DNA of 64,000 nucleotides from a virus, in the IMG/VR virus record IMGVR_UViG_3300027848_000009, positions 1 through 64,000 of that record. One strand, given 5' to 3'. Every line of letters starts with the position of its first letter. The stretch's first letter is position 1. Below the pieces are notes generated by a model that made no database searches, was not told the DNA's origin, and was given only the letters and a program-made list of their open reading frames with translations. The position numbers and the translations under genes are program-made. This document shows, in pieces, positions 37,358 through 45,995 of this stretch.

Positions 37358-37983
37358 GTGGCTTCACAGTCAACCAAGAGTTCAACGAAGCGATCCCGCT
37401 CAGCCAGCTGACGGAGCACCCCGACAACCCGAGGCGAGGCGACGACGTGGCGGTGGCCGAGTCGGTCGAGGCGAACGGCTTCTACGGCGCGGTCCTCGTC
37501 CACAAGGCGACCGGGCATGTACTCGCCGGTAACACCCGGCTGCGTGTCGCCCGAGAAGCGGGCGAGACAGCGATCCCCGGCTTCTGGATCGACTGCGATG
37601 AGAAGACCGCCAAGCGGATTCTTCTTGCGGACAACCGTGTGTCTGATCTTGCGTACTACGACGACCAGTTGCTGCTCGACATGCTCCGAATGGTGGAGGA
37701 TGAGAGTGGCAACCTGGTCGGCACCGGATACGACAGCTCTTCGATGGAGCTTCTGATGCAGGCTGCTTCGGCGGAAGAGATCATGGGCGGTGTCCGGCAG
37801 GGCGCTACCCCAGAAGACCGTATGGGCGCTTACGTTGCGGCGGACATCCGCTCGCTGATCCTCCCATACGAGCACGACGAGTATGAGATTGTTGCGGACG
37901 GTCTGATTGCTCTTCGCTCGGCGATGAGTTTGGATACGAACGCCGATGTGATCTTGCGGCTCGTCGTCGAAGCCACGGCCTGA
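37354..37983 (+). CDS. ParB/Srx-like N-terminal domain protein
   Basis: LTEHPDNPRRGD..AVAESV..NGF, VLAGNTRLR.A, ILLADNR. Confidence 0.88.
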   Translation: MSGFTVNQEFNEAIPLSQLTEHPDNPRRGDDVAVAESVEANGFYGAVLVHKATGHVLAGNTRLRVAREAGETAIPGFWIDCDEKTAKRILLADNRVSDLAYYDDQLLLDMLRMVEDESGNLVGTGYDSSSMELLMQAASAEEIMGGVRQGATPEDRMGAYVAADIRSLILPYEHDEYEIVADGLIALRSAMSLDTNADVILRLVVEATA

Positions 37984-38963
37984 TGGAGTTGGCGCAGACA
38001 GTCGTCCCGCGCATCGTTCGCAAACGAACATTGAGTCCGCTCGTCCGCTGCACGTTCGCCGAGTTGGACCAACGAATGTTGAACGATTACGGCTCGTGTG
38101 ACGCAATGATCCCATACAGCCCTCGCCACCCGTGCCCGAACTGCGGACACGTCCAGGTCCAGGCGACCGCCTCGGCTCCGCCACCCGACGCCGAAATCAT
38201 CGAGGGCAACGTTGCGCTCATCGACGCCGACACCGGCGAGGTGTCCGCAGTGCAGGTGATCGCCGTCCCCGATCTGGCGAACCGTTTGGCGGTCGATCTG
38301 GGGCACATCAAATGGGATGCACCGGTCAACGCTCGCGGAAAATCAGCGAACGAGGGACGACTGTCCGGCATGGTCGTGACGCACCGGACCTTCGGATACA
38401 CACCTCCCGTCCCGCTCCGCCGTCGGTATGCGTGTGCGGCCGCAAGGTTCAACTTCGATTACCCTTCTGCCTCGGCGGCGATCTCCGAGTACGTCGTGGC
38501 TGCGGAGCATGTGTTCCGTACACAGGCGGGCGACAAGTATGAGGCGACGGCGACCGAGGTGCTGGCGCAGATCCCGGCTGCGTGGCGTATCGCTGGCAGC
38601 CCGTGGACCTCGGGCATTATCAACAACACGGCGGCTCTCCCGTACCATCGAGACTCGAACAACATCAAAGGTTCTTGGTCGGCGATGCTGGCGATTCGCA
38701 ACAACGTCGAAGGCGGTCTGCTGCACCTCGCCGACTACGACGTGTGGTTACGGGTGCCGAACGGTTCGATCTCGATTTTCGATGGACAGTCGGTTCTTCA
38801 TGGCGTATCACCGTTCAAGCTGTCTGGCCCGAATGCTTACCGGTACACGATCGTGTCGTATGCCCGCCGAGGTCTGCGAGTATGTTGCCCAGACCCGAGG
38901 GGCGAGTCGAGGCGCGCCGCTATCGCAGCGACCGCCGCCGACGACAAGAGACGCAACCGATGA
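37983..38963 (+). CDS. TET/JBP-family 2OG-Fe(II) DNA dioxygenase
   Basis: WTSGIINN..ALPYHRD..N (HxD), GGLLHL, FDGQ.VLHGV, RYTIV.Y. Confidence 0.85.
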   Translation: MELAQTVVPRIVRKRTLSPLVRCTFAELDQRMLNDYGSCDAMIPYSPRHPCPNCGHVQVQATASAPPPDAEIIEGNVALIDADTGEVSAVQVIAVPDLANRLAVDLGHIKWDAPVNARGKSANEGRLSGMVVTHRTFGYTPPVPLRRRYACAAARFNFDYPSASAAISEYVVAAEHVFRTQAGDKYEATATEVLAQIPAAWRIAGSPWTSGIINNTAALPYHRDSNNIKGSWSAMLAIRNNVEGGLLHLADYDVWLRVPNGSISIFDGQSVLHGVSPFKLSGPNAYRYTIVSYARRGLRVCCPDPRGESRRAAIAATAADDKRRNR

Positions 38964-39808
38964 GGGTCTTCGTTTTCGGTTACGACAGGTTCGAGAACAT
39001 GACGACCTCGCTGCTGTTGGCGGGCGATGGCGTCGAGCACACGGTTCTTTGTCACAGCGACGAGGACCGGGCGAAGTTCTTGGCTGGCGGCGCTGTCGGC
39101 GGCGAGGTCGTGGCGACCGGGTTGGAGCGTGGCCTCGCTGGTCAACGTAACGCTGCTCTGGACATGCTTGGCGACGGCGAGTGGGGAGTGTTCTTAGTGG
39201 ACGATCTGGTGTCGGTGTCGGAGGTGTCGGGTTACGACGAGCGGCGGCGGACGAGGACGACCGAGCTGGGTATCAACATGGACAATCAGGCTGCGTTCAA
39301 GAACGGCATGGAGTCGCCGATCTCGTGGGACCGATTTATGGTCCGGTGTGCGGAGACGGCGGATGCGTGTGACGCAATCGGCGCTCGGCTCGGCGGCTTC
39401 TGCGGGATTGCGAACCCGCCGTGGCGTGACCGTAAGTGGAAGTTCAATGGTCTGGCCGACGGGCGGGCGTGGGTTGTGAAGCAGGAGCCTGGGTTCCGTG
39501 TCGAGGCTGGCGCTGGTTGCATCGACGATTTCGGGTGGACGGCTCAGCAGATCGAGCGGCACGGTGTGGCCGTCGTGAACCAGTGGGTGTTGCCGACTGC
39601 TCAGAGATACAAGCCTGGCGGCTACGGCTCGATCGACGACCGGCTGGTTGAGAAGCTGGCAGCGGTCAAGTATTTGACGGCTCGGCACCCAGGCCTGTTG
39701 CGTGTGGCTGCGAAGAAGAATGAGCCTGCCGGTTCGCATGTGCAGTTCCGAAGAACGCTGAGTAGGGGTCAGCTCGATCGGGCGCGCAGGGTGCTCTCCT
39801 CGAAATAG
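38960..39808 (+). CDS. TET-associated glycosyltransferase (GT-A fold)
   Basis: GLAGQRN, FLVDD (DxD-like), IDDF.WTA..I...G.AV, Y.PGG.GS..DR. Confidence 0.75.
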   Translation: MRVFVFGYDRFENMTTSLLLAGDGVEHTVLCHSDEDRAKFLAGGAVGGEVVATGLERGLAGQRNAALDMLGDGEWGVFLVDDLVSVSEVSGYDERRRTRTTELGINMDNQAAFKNGMESPISWDRFMVRCAETADACDAIGARLGGFCGIANPPWRDRKWKFNGLADGRAWVVKQEPGFRVEAGAGCIDDFGWTAQQIERHGVAVVNQWVLPTAQRYKPGGYGSIDDRLVEKLAAVKYLTARHPGLLRVAAKKNEPAGSHVQFRRTLSRGQLDRARRVLSSK

Positions 39809-39860
39809 TTTCGGGTTCAGGGTTGACGACCCGACTCGGGTCGGATAGAGTGAGGGTATG
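39804..39860 (+). promoter_or_regulatory. conserved promoter/operator, copy 4
   Basis: TTGACG(39823)-17-TAGAGT(39846)-6-ATG; palindrome 39827-39843. Confidence 0.88.
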
Positions 39861-40103
39861 ACAACGACGACAACCTCAACCGATACCGCCCGAGTGACCG
39901 AGTTCGCCTTGAACGGCTTCGCCGTTTGCGTCGGAAAGAACGTGGTCACCCGTAACTTCCGAACCCGAGCCGAAGCCGAAGTGGCTCTGGCCGAGTGGAA
40001 CGTGACCGCCGCCGACACGACCGACGGCGAGTGGACCTTCGAGGGTTCCGACCTCGAAGCCGAAGCGCTCGCCGCCGATCTCCGCCGGGCGGCACAGTCA
40101 TGA
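39858..40103 (+). CDS. hypothetical early protein (leaderless)
   Basis: MTTTTT start at TSS. Confidence 0.7.
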   Translation: MTTTTTSTDTARVTEFALNGFAVCVGKNVVTRNFRTRAEAEVALAEWNVTAADTTDGEWTFEGSDLEAEALAADLRRAAQS

Positions 40104-40396
40104 TCGCCGAGGGTTCCACGGTCTGGATGACCGACGACGTTCACAACTTCCGCAACGTCATCAAGACTCCGCAGGAGATCAAGCACGGCGACGACGAGTT
40201 CGTCATCTGTAGCTTCTTGGGTTACCGCACGATCGGTCGCCTTACCGGCCGCACCCGTCGATTCTTCGGGTGTGCCTGCCCGACGATCGAGCGGTTCGAG
40301 ATAGACACCGTTGTCATCGACGGGGCGCTCTGGGGAGTCAAGGGTGAGCGCATCGCCGGGACCGTTGCGGTTCACCCCGAACGGATCGTGCGATGA
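40100..40396 (+). CDS. hypothetical protein
   Basis: ATGA coupling. Confidence 0.6.
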   Translation: MIAEGSTVWMTDDVHNFRNVIKTPQEIKHGDDEFVICSFLGYRTIGRLTGRTRRFFGCACPTIERFEIDTVVIDGALWGVKGERIAGTVAVHPERIVR

Positions 40397-40526
40397 GCTT
40401 CATCGACGAGCCTCGGTTCCAAAATCGAGATCACATCGACACCCGCCGAAGCGATGCCGCCGCACCCCGGCGTTACCCCGACGCCGCCCGCCGCAATCGC
40501 GATCACACCGACACAAGGAGAATGAA

Positions 40527-40748
40527 ATGAGCATGACCGCACCCGCCCGAGGCTGGGTCAACAAGCCTCGCTTACACCCCGACGACGATGAGTACAGCGT
40601 CTACGGCTGGGGCCACATCGACTTCCCTGACGATTACAGCCTCGCCCTGTGCGGCATCGTTCTCAACGTCGATGACCTTGCCGAGCACGACGGCGCTGAG
40701 CCGTGCGAGCTGTGCTCCCCCGACCGGTACGAGCGGTGGTCCCGATGA
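40527..40748 (+). CDS. small Zn-binding hypothetical protein
   Basis: AAGGAG SD; H...ALCG...CELC. Confidence 0.65.
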   Translation: MSMTAPARGWVNKPRLHPDDDEYSVYGWGHIDFPDDYSLALCGIVLNVDDLAEHDGAEPCELCSPDRYERWSR

Positions 40749-40999
40749 GCTACGACATCGACATGGCTGACGGCGAGTGGCCGACAGCGAGCATCGACTA
40801 CACGCTCGACATCCCGCCGATCGAAGGAACCGTCGCCGCCCACCCGGCACGATGCGATTGCAGCCCCTGCTCCGACCGGGCCGAGTTCGCCGACTGGACA
40901 CGCAAGATGGATGCACTCCGCCCGACCGGCGACTACGGTTCGGTTGCCGACTGGCAGCGAGAGACAGCCCGAGACGACATCGCAAACGGGTTCGGCTGA
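40745..40999 (+). CDS. hypothetical protein
   Basis: ATGA coupling; HP.RCDC.PC. Confidence 0.6.
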   Translation: MSYDIDMADGEWPTASIDYTLDIPPIEGTVAAHPARCDCSPCSDRAEFADWTRKMDALRPTGDYGSVADWQRETARDDIANGFG

Positions 41000-41211
41000 T
41001 GAGCGGCACGGACGCCCGCCGCCAATGCCCTTGTGGTCGTTGCCAGACGACAACCGGCCGTCGAGCGGACATTGTTGCAGGTGCCGCAGCCGTCGCCCTC
41101 GGCTTCGTACTGTTCGCCGTCGCTGACGGTGGCTGGGTCGCCCTCACCGGCTGGGTCTGCATGATCGCCGCTGGTGGCTTCGGTGTCCGCTACGTGGGAG
41201 ACGGATCGTGA
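40999..41211 (+). CDS. small membrane protein
   Basis: CPCGRC plus two TM segments. Confidence 0.6.
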   Translation: MSGTDARRQCPCGRCQTTTGRRADIVAGAAAVALGFVLFAVADGGWVALTGWVCMIAAGGFGVRYVGDGS

Positions 41212-41463
41212 ACCGTGAAGTCGTGACCATCGACCAGATGGTCAACGGCGACCTGATCGCACTCGCAGGATGGCCCTCAAACCTGTCGGACACGTTTATT
41301 GAGGAGACAGAATGATCCAGCAGTACGTGACCACGAAATGCGATCACAGAGAACGCGCGGCTTGCACCTGCTGGTCGTGTGGCCCAGCCGACGATCCCGT
41401 ATGGGTATGCCGGTGCGGGATGGAGTTCAATAAGAGGGCGCGAAAGCTGCGGAAGAGGACAGC

Positions 41464-41988
41464 ATGATCCCGCAATTGATCTTCCCGGCAGACGTGGCTA
41501 GCAAGATGTTCCCGGCGGACAGCAAATGGCTGCTACCCAACGAGCCGCCGTCGATCACGTGGCTGGCAGGCCAGGTGGTCTGCGAGGCGTGCGACGGCTG
41601 TGGCGACATCAGTTACCCAGAATGGGAAGGCAGGCGCCAGCCGTGTAGCGACTGCGACACGCTCGGCTATCCGCCCATCGTTGAGATCGTCAGCCAACAT
41701 TTTGGTCATCGTCGGGCTGTCCCTGAATTGGGGATTCAGCAGAACGTTGTCATCACCGTGCACGGTCGGCTTGCACTCGGGGCACCTGTACCGGTCCACG
41801 GTGAGGACGATCAATCGTGGGATTGGGTGCCGTCGATCGAGATAGGGGACGAGGGCGCATGGTACTACTACGACCAGGCGTACTGCGATGACCCGAGCAT
41901 CGAGACAAAGCCATCTGACATCTCGGACACCGTGGCTGGCACGCTCGTGCCTGGCGGTGTCGCCTATCCGGTGACGGTGGCGACATGA
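41464..41988 (+). CDS. hypothetical protein with CxxCxGxG motif (paralog of 316-867)
   Basis: CEACDGCG...CSDCDTLGYPP; shared C-terminus. Confidence 0.7.
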   Translation: MIPQLIFPADVASKMFPADSKWLLPNEPPSITWLAGQVVCEACDGCGDISYPEWEGRRQPCSDCDTLGYPPIVEIVSQHFGHRRAVPELGIQQNVVITVHGRLALGAPVPVHGEDDQSWDWVPSIEIGDEGAWYYYDQAYCDDPSIETKPSDISDTVAGTLVPGGVAYPVTVAT

Positions 41989-42221
41989 GCAACGACCGTG
42001 TTTACTTGACTACCAGCCACTACCGCCACCACTCCACAAAGACGCTTGCCGACACTCTGGCGGAAGCCAGCCGGACCGACTGGACGCCGTTCGATGTCTA
42101 CGAAATCGACCTAACCCGACCTGATCGGCCGTCGATCCGTCTTGTCGCTTCACGCAGCAAAGGTGATCCGCCCCCGGTGACGGTGGAGACGCCGCGAGAT
42201 GCGCACACTGTCACCAGTTGA
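41985..42221 (+). CDS. hypothetical protein (paralog of 864-1076, 8 aa longer)
   Basis: CGA replaces the TGA stop of copy 1. Confidence 0.65.
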   Translation: MSNDRVYLTTSHYRHHSTKTLADTLAEASRTDWTPFDVYEIDLTRPDRPSIRLVASRSKGDPPPVTVETPRDAHTVTS

Positions 42222-42259
42222 TCTATCACACCCCATCACGCACCAGAAAGGCCAGCACC

Positions 42260-42472
42260 ATGACCACCAACCGAGCAGACACGAAGAACCACTGCGTGCA
42301 TTGCGAACGCCAGATCACCCTCGATACGAGGTGGCCCCGCCCGAAAGGATCATTGGGCATCTGGTATCACGACGACCTTTTGGACTACGACTCCTCAGGC
42401 TATTCGTGCGGCCTCGACGACGGCGAAGACAACGAAGCCGAGCCTTACTCAACCCAGACGATTCCTCGATGA
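42260..42472 (+). CDS. small Cys/His protein (paralog of 1210-1422)
   Basis: See copy 1. Confidence 0.7.
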   Translation: MTTNRADTKNHCVHCERQITLDTRWPRPKGSLGIWYHDDLLDYDSSGYSCGLDDGEDNEAEPYSTQTIPR

Positions 42473-42669
42473 GTGCCTTCCGCATGGAGCGCGACATGAG
42501 CGACCCGATCCTCATCGGCGGCGACTGGCTCGAAGACCCTGGCAGTCGTTACGTGCCGGTGGACTACCAGTCGGTGTTGGCGACTGTGACGGCTGGTATG
42601 GGGACACGTCAAGTCGATTACGAAGAAGCGTTGCTTTCCCACACAGAGTCAGGTAACCTGTTGACATGA
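42469..42669 (+). CDS. hypothetical protein
   Basis: Shares MSAFR start with 1419 ORF, then diverges. Confidence 0.5.
   Translation: MSAFRMERDMSDPILIGGDWLEDPGSRYVPVDYQSVLATVTAGMGTRQVDYEEALLSHTESGNLLT
42631..42668 (+). promoter_or_regulatory. leaderless promoter for macrodomain gene
   Basis: TTGCTT-17-TAACCT-6-ATG. Confidence 0.65.
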
Positions 42670-43112
42670 TCGAATATCATGAATCCACCGACCTGTTCGA
42701 GATCGACGTAGAAGCAATCTGTCACGGGGTGAACACCCGTGGAATTGCTGGCGGTTTAGCCGCATCCGTGTTCAGCCGGTTCCCCGAGAACTATGAGGCG
42801 TACCAGAGAGAGTGCTCCCAAGGGAGGCTCACCCCCGGCATGATGATGAGCCACTACGAGAAAGACCAGTACGTCTACAACCTTGTGACCCAGAAAGAAC
42901 CCGGGCCTGACGCAAAGATCAACCTGATCGAATATGCGTTCACCGCAATGAGAAGCCATGCCATGGAGAACGATGTGAAATCCATCGGATGCCCTCAGGT
43001 AGGGGCCGGTATCGGAGGTCTTCAATGGAAATATGTGGATCAGGCCATCAAGAAGGTGTGGAGTACGGCACAGGGTGTCACCCTCCACATTGTCACCCGT
43101 GATAAGTTCTGA
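42666..43112 (+). CDS. macrodomain protein (TARG1/DarG/Poa1-like ADP-ribose hydrolase)
   Basis: DLF...AICHGVN.RG.AGGLA...FP, YNLVTQ, CPQVGAGIGGL.W. Confidence 0.88.
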   Translation: MIEYHESTDLFEIDVEAICHGVNTRGIAGGLAASVFSRFPENYEAYQRECSQGRLTPGMMMSHYEKDQYVYNLVTQKEPGPDAKINLIEYAFTAMRSHAMENDVKSIGCPQVGAGIGGLQWKYVDQAIKKVWSTAQGVTLHIVTRDKF

Positions 43113-43115
43113 ACC

Positions 43116-43313
43116 ATGAACGAAAAAGAACTCATCGCTCTACTGAATGGCATGTCCGATGAAGCGTCGAGACTGATGCCGACGATTGAAGGACTCGCAG
43201 AGTATGCGCTGGACAACGAAACGCCGGGGCTCGACGCCATGATCGCTGATGTCATGACCTACATGGCGTGGGTGAGGCAGTCTGTGGTGGGGTTGGCGAA
43301 TGCTTCCGGTTGA
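43116..43313 (+). CDS. hypothetical protein
   Basis: ORF in operon. Confidence 0.55.
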   Translation: MNEKELIALLNGMSDEASRLMPTIEGLAEYALDNETPGLDAMIADVMTYMAWVRQSVVGLANASG

Positions 43314-43440
43314 GAGGTACTCGATCTGCCTTGAGTGTCCTCGGTTCCGCAAGGGTTTGCGTCAATGCAAGGAATGCGGATGTTTCATGCCTGTGAAGGT
43401 CAAGATCAAATCGCAGTCATGTCCGCTCGGCAAGTGGTGA
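43300..43440 (+). CDS. 46-aa Cys-rich protein (DUF6171-like), not in ORF track
   Basis: RYSICLECP......QCKECGCFM..K.......CPLGKW. Confidence 0.75.
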   Translation: MLPVERYSICLECPRFRKGLRQCKECGCFMPVKVKIKSQSCPLGKW

Positions 43441-43450
43441 CGGTCACCCG

Positions 43451-44206
43451 CTAGGCCGCCCAGCCTGCGTTGTAGCCGTACAAAAAGTCGATCTGAGGGA
43501 CCGCATCCAGTTGTGCTGTCATGCGTGTCGCACAGATCGGTGTTCCATGTTCGTTGTACTGGTCGAGCCGTGTGATCACGTTCCCGTAGGCGCGTCCTTC
43601 GATCTGGTGTGTCAGGTACACCTTCTCGAAAGCGGCACCAGTGAACCAGTGGGTGACCAGCGACTGGGTTGATCCGAAGCGTCCGACTAGGTGGGCGAGG
43701 TTGATGGTGCCGAAGTCGGCGAGGACTGCTGACGCGGCGAGGTCGATGTCGTGGCCCTCCAGCCACATCATTGCCCCTCCACGTCGGAACCATCCTTTCA
43801 GATAGTCCCAGATGTTGTCAGCGCCACCGATCCCCCAGTCCCATTCGCTTTCACGGAACTGTGGGACGGTCACGGTTGGTGTCACGACACCATCAGGTTG
43901 GCTGTCTGTTGATGAGAGGACGTTGGAATGTGCGATGAGCCGGTCACCCTGTGTGAGAGTCACTACAGTGACCCGTGACGAGTCAATTCGGTTCCGTGTA
44001 ACAGTCACGGGTTCGTCAGGGTTCGCCTTGGCGTAGAAGAACGTCGATGTGTTGACTGGTCGTCCATCTTGAGCACCTGAAATTGTGGCCACCGCATGAA
44101 GGACTCCACCGAAGACGAACGGCTTTGCACCTCCTGTCCAGATCGAATGCTTCGACTCGGGATGAAAGTGCTCGTCTTCAGCGGAGTGCGATATGAACGT
44201 GCTCAT
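43451..44206 (-). CDS. double-hotdog acyl-CoA thioesterase-like protein
   Basis: W......VFGGVL, VTLTQG, WFR, VLAD, G.PICA. Confidence 0.65.
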   Translation of the reverse strand: MSTFISHSAEDEHFHPESKHSIWTGGAKPFVFGGVLHAVATISGAQDGRPVNTSTFFYAKANPDEPVTVTRNRIDSSRVTVVTLTQGDRLIAHSNVLSSTDSQPDGVVTPTVTVPQFRESEWDWGIGGADNIWDYLKGWFRRGGAMMWLEGHDIDLAASAVLADFGTINLAHLVGRFGSTQSLVTHWFTGAAFEKVYLTHQIEGRAYGNVITRLDQYNEHGTPICATRMTAQLDAVPQIDFLYGYNAGWAA

Positions 44207-44523
44207 TGATCCCTGTCCATGGCGTGACCGATGGCTTTCAATATGTACTGTTCGACAGCGGTACTGATCGTGTCGGTGGCTAAAGGCCCGTCGATGGTGG
44301 CCACATGGCTCCCATCAGTCGACATAATGTTGATGGTGTCTACCCGTAGGCTCCTGATCGTTTCAGCCGATTCTCTCAGCAGATGCGACGTGACGTCCAC
44401 ATGGAAGGTGTTTGCGTCCATCACGTCAGCGAGCGCCGTCAAAGTGTCCTCGATCGGTTCGTCACCTACCTCCACCTTGACGACGGATCTCTCGGCAGCC
44501 TGACACTCTCTCGGTTGATTCAT
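44203..44523 (-). CDS. hypothetical protein
   Basis: ATGA coupling. Confidence 0.55.
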   Translation of the reverse strand: MNQPRECQAAERSVVKVEVGDEPIEDTLTALADVMDANTFHVDVTSHLLRESAETIRSLRVDTINIMSTDGSHVATIDGPLATDTISTAVEQYILKAIGHAMDRDQ

Positions 44524-44798
44524 GGAGTGAATGATAGCGCAATCGACTGACCTACGTAGACGTTCGATGATCCGTTGTTGAGGGTGATCGTGTCATGGAC
44601 GGCGTTCTGGATGTTGCCGTTGCAGTGCTTCTCAACGGTTGACCAGATGGTGGGGTCTTGGTGTGTGACTGTTCCGTATTGGGAGTTGCAGGTGTATGAG
44701 TCGAGGGCTTCGATTCGGTTGAAGATGAATAGGATGGTGAGGAAGGAGGCGGTGAATAGGGCGATGTAGGTGAGGGTGTTGTGGATGCGGTGACTCAT
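44520..44798 (-). CDS. membrane-anchored LysM-like protein
   Basis: TM then TV...TIWSTVEKHC...N....YVGQSI.L; TAACCT-7-ATG leaderless. Confidence 0.6.
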   Translation of the reverse strand: MSHRIHNTLTYIALFTASFLTILFIFNRIEALDSYTCNSQYGTVTHQDPTIWSTVEKHCNGNIQNAVHDTITLNNGSSNVYVGQSIALSFTP

Positions 44799-44958
44799 GG
44801 TGGTTAGGTTATCGCCTCTTCGACTCTAACCTTCCAACAGGCGCCATGCTGCTACATGTCTCTCTTATGCCACGACAGTCACCACGACGTCCATAGCTAC
44901 CCGTGGGCCTCTTGAGCCATCACACACGCCACCACGCTCGACACAGGCGCACACAGGG

Positions 44959-45093
44959 CCACACCTGACCCCTCCATCGCACATCAACCCCAGCACACAC
45001 CGCAGACCCCACACCCCCACCCCCACACCTGACCCCTCCATCGCACATCAACCCCAGCACACACCGCAGACCCCACACCCCCACCCCCACACC
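44959..45093 (+). repeat. 64-bp C/A-rich tandem duplication (2 copies plus partial)
   Basis: CCACACCTGACCCCTCCATCGCACATCAACCCCAGC... at 44959 and 45023. Confidence 0.9.
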
Positions 45094-45260
45094 CACAGCC
45101 CCGACAAACTTTTTCGATCACACAAACAACCAGCGGGGGCCGCTGTGTGGGGTTTTTGTTTTGGGGGGGTTGTGTTTAGTTTTATCTGGGTGGTGTTAGT
45201 GGGTGTAGGGGGGTTTGTGTTTTTTTGTGATGTGGTTCCAGATGTGTTTGATCTATTGTT

Positions 45261-45951
45261 TTATTGTCGTGGGGTTGGTTGTGTGTGGTGTGTTTTGGGG
45301 TGGTTGGTTGGGGTTTGTGGGTTTTGGGGGTTGTGGGGGTGTGGGTGTTTTCGTTGTGGGTGGTGGTGGGGGTGGTGTTTTTTTGTTTGGTCTGGTGGGT
45401 GTTGTTTAAATTTGTGGGCGGTTTTTTGGTGTGTGTGGTGGTTGCGGGTGGTGGGGTTGTACCAGTTTGGTTGGTTGTGGTTGTTGTGGGTTGCCCATGA
45501 TTGTGTGATGTCGGGGAGGCGGATGTGGGTGTGTTTGGGTGTTCCCCAGTGGTGGGTGTGGTTGTGGATGATTTGGATGGTTTGGGCGATTGATGCTCCG
45601 GGCCAGCCGATGTTGTTGAGTGTTTGGTTGGTGTGGTTGGCGAGGATGTGGGGCCATGTGTGTTGGTGGTTGAGGGCGTATCCGGCGGTGATTGAGTTTC
45701 TTGCGGTGGGGAGGTCGGGGTTGGTGGTGGAGTTGGTGTCGTGCCAGTTTTGTTGGTTGACGGTGTAGGTGTGGTTGGGGATGGGGGTGTGCCAGTTTTG
45801 GCCTTGTGTTGTTTTTGTTCCGTTTAGATTTGTTTGTATGTGTGGGGGGGGTGAAGTGTTGGTATTGGATGTTTTTGTGGTGTTCTCATGCGGTGTGGTA
45901 GTCGAAGTCGATGATTGTTGGGGTGGTTTGTTTTAGGTATTCGGAGAGCAT
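45261..45951 (-). pseudogene. hypermutated SGNH-hydrolase-like pseudogene
   Basis: Minus frame YTVN...ARNSITAGYAL...TWPHILA...NNIGWPGASI...GTPK...LPD; internal TGA at 45886-45888 and frameshift at a G8 run 45844-45851. Confidence 0.6.
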
Positions 45952-45995
45952 GGTTTGTCCTGTGGGTTTTGCCGTCGTGTTGGTTGGGTTTAGAT

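Larger units (their letters stand above)
640..41793 (+). mobile_element. Phage A: apparently complete ~41.1 kb siphovirus genome unit (actinobacteriophage-like, cluster-B-type head/tail)
   Basis: Full packaging, head, tail, lysis, recombination and replication gene set between two copies of a direct repeat offset by 41,121 bp. Confidence 0.88.
41761..42483 (+). repeat. Imperfect direct repeat, copy 2 (identical core ~41794-42194)
   Basis: Matches 640-1433 with scattered substitutions outside the core. Confidence 0.95.

Noticed and set aside
2436-39860. CRISPR repeats or att sites for the 17-bp palindrome element
   Set aside because: Copies are kilobases apart and embedded in -35/-10 geometry; there are no spacers, cas genes or integrase.
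1180-42483. Diversity-generating retroelement (TR/VR pair) for the diverged repeat copies
   Set aside because: Mismatches are not adenine-specific (T/C, G/C, G/T changes) and no reverse transcriptase is present.
640-42483. True terminal redundancy of one phage genome
   Set aside because: The copies differ by many substitutions, a 71-bp indel and different flanking genes; terminal repeats would be identical.
45145-45768. 207-aa Trp/Val/Gly/Cys-rich plus-strand ORF and overlapping ORFs
   Set aside because: Artefact of G/T low complexity (few A, so few stops); residual coding signal is on the minus strand.
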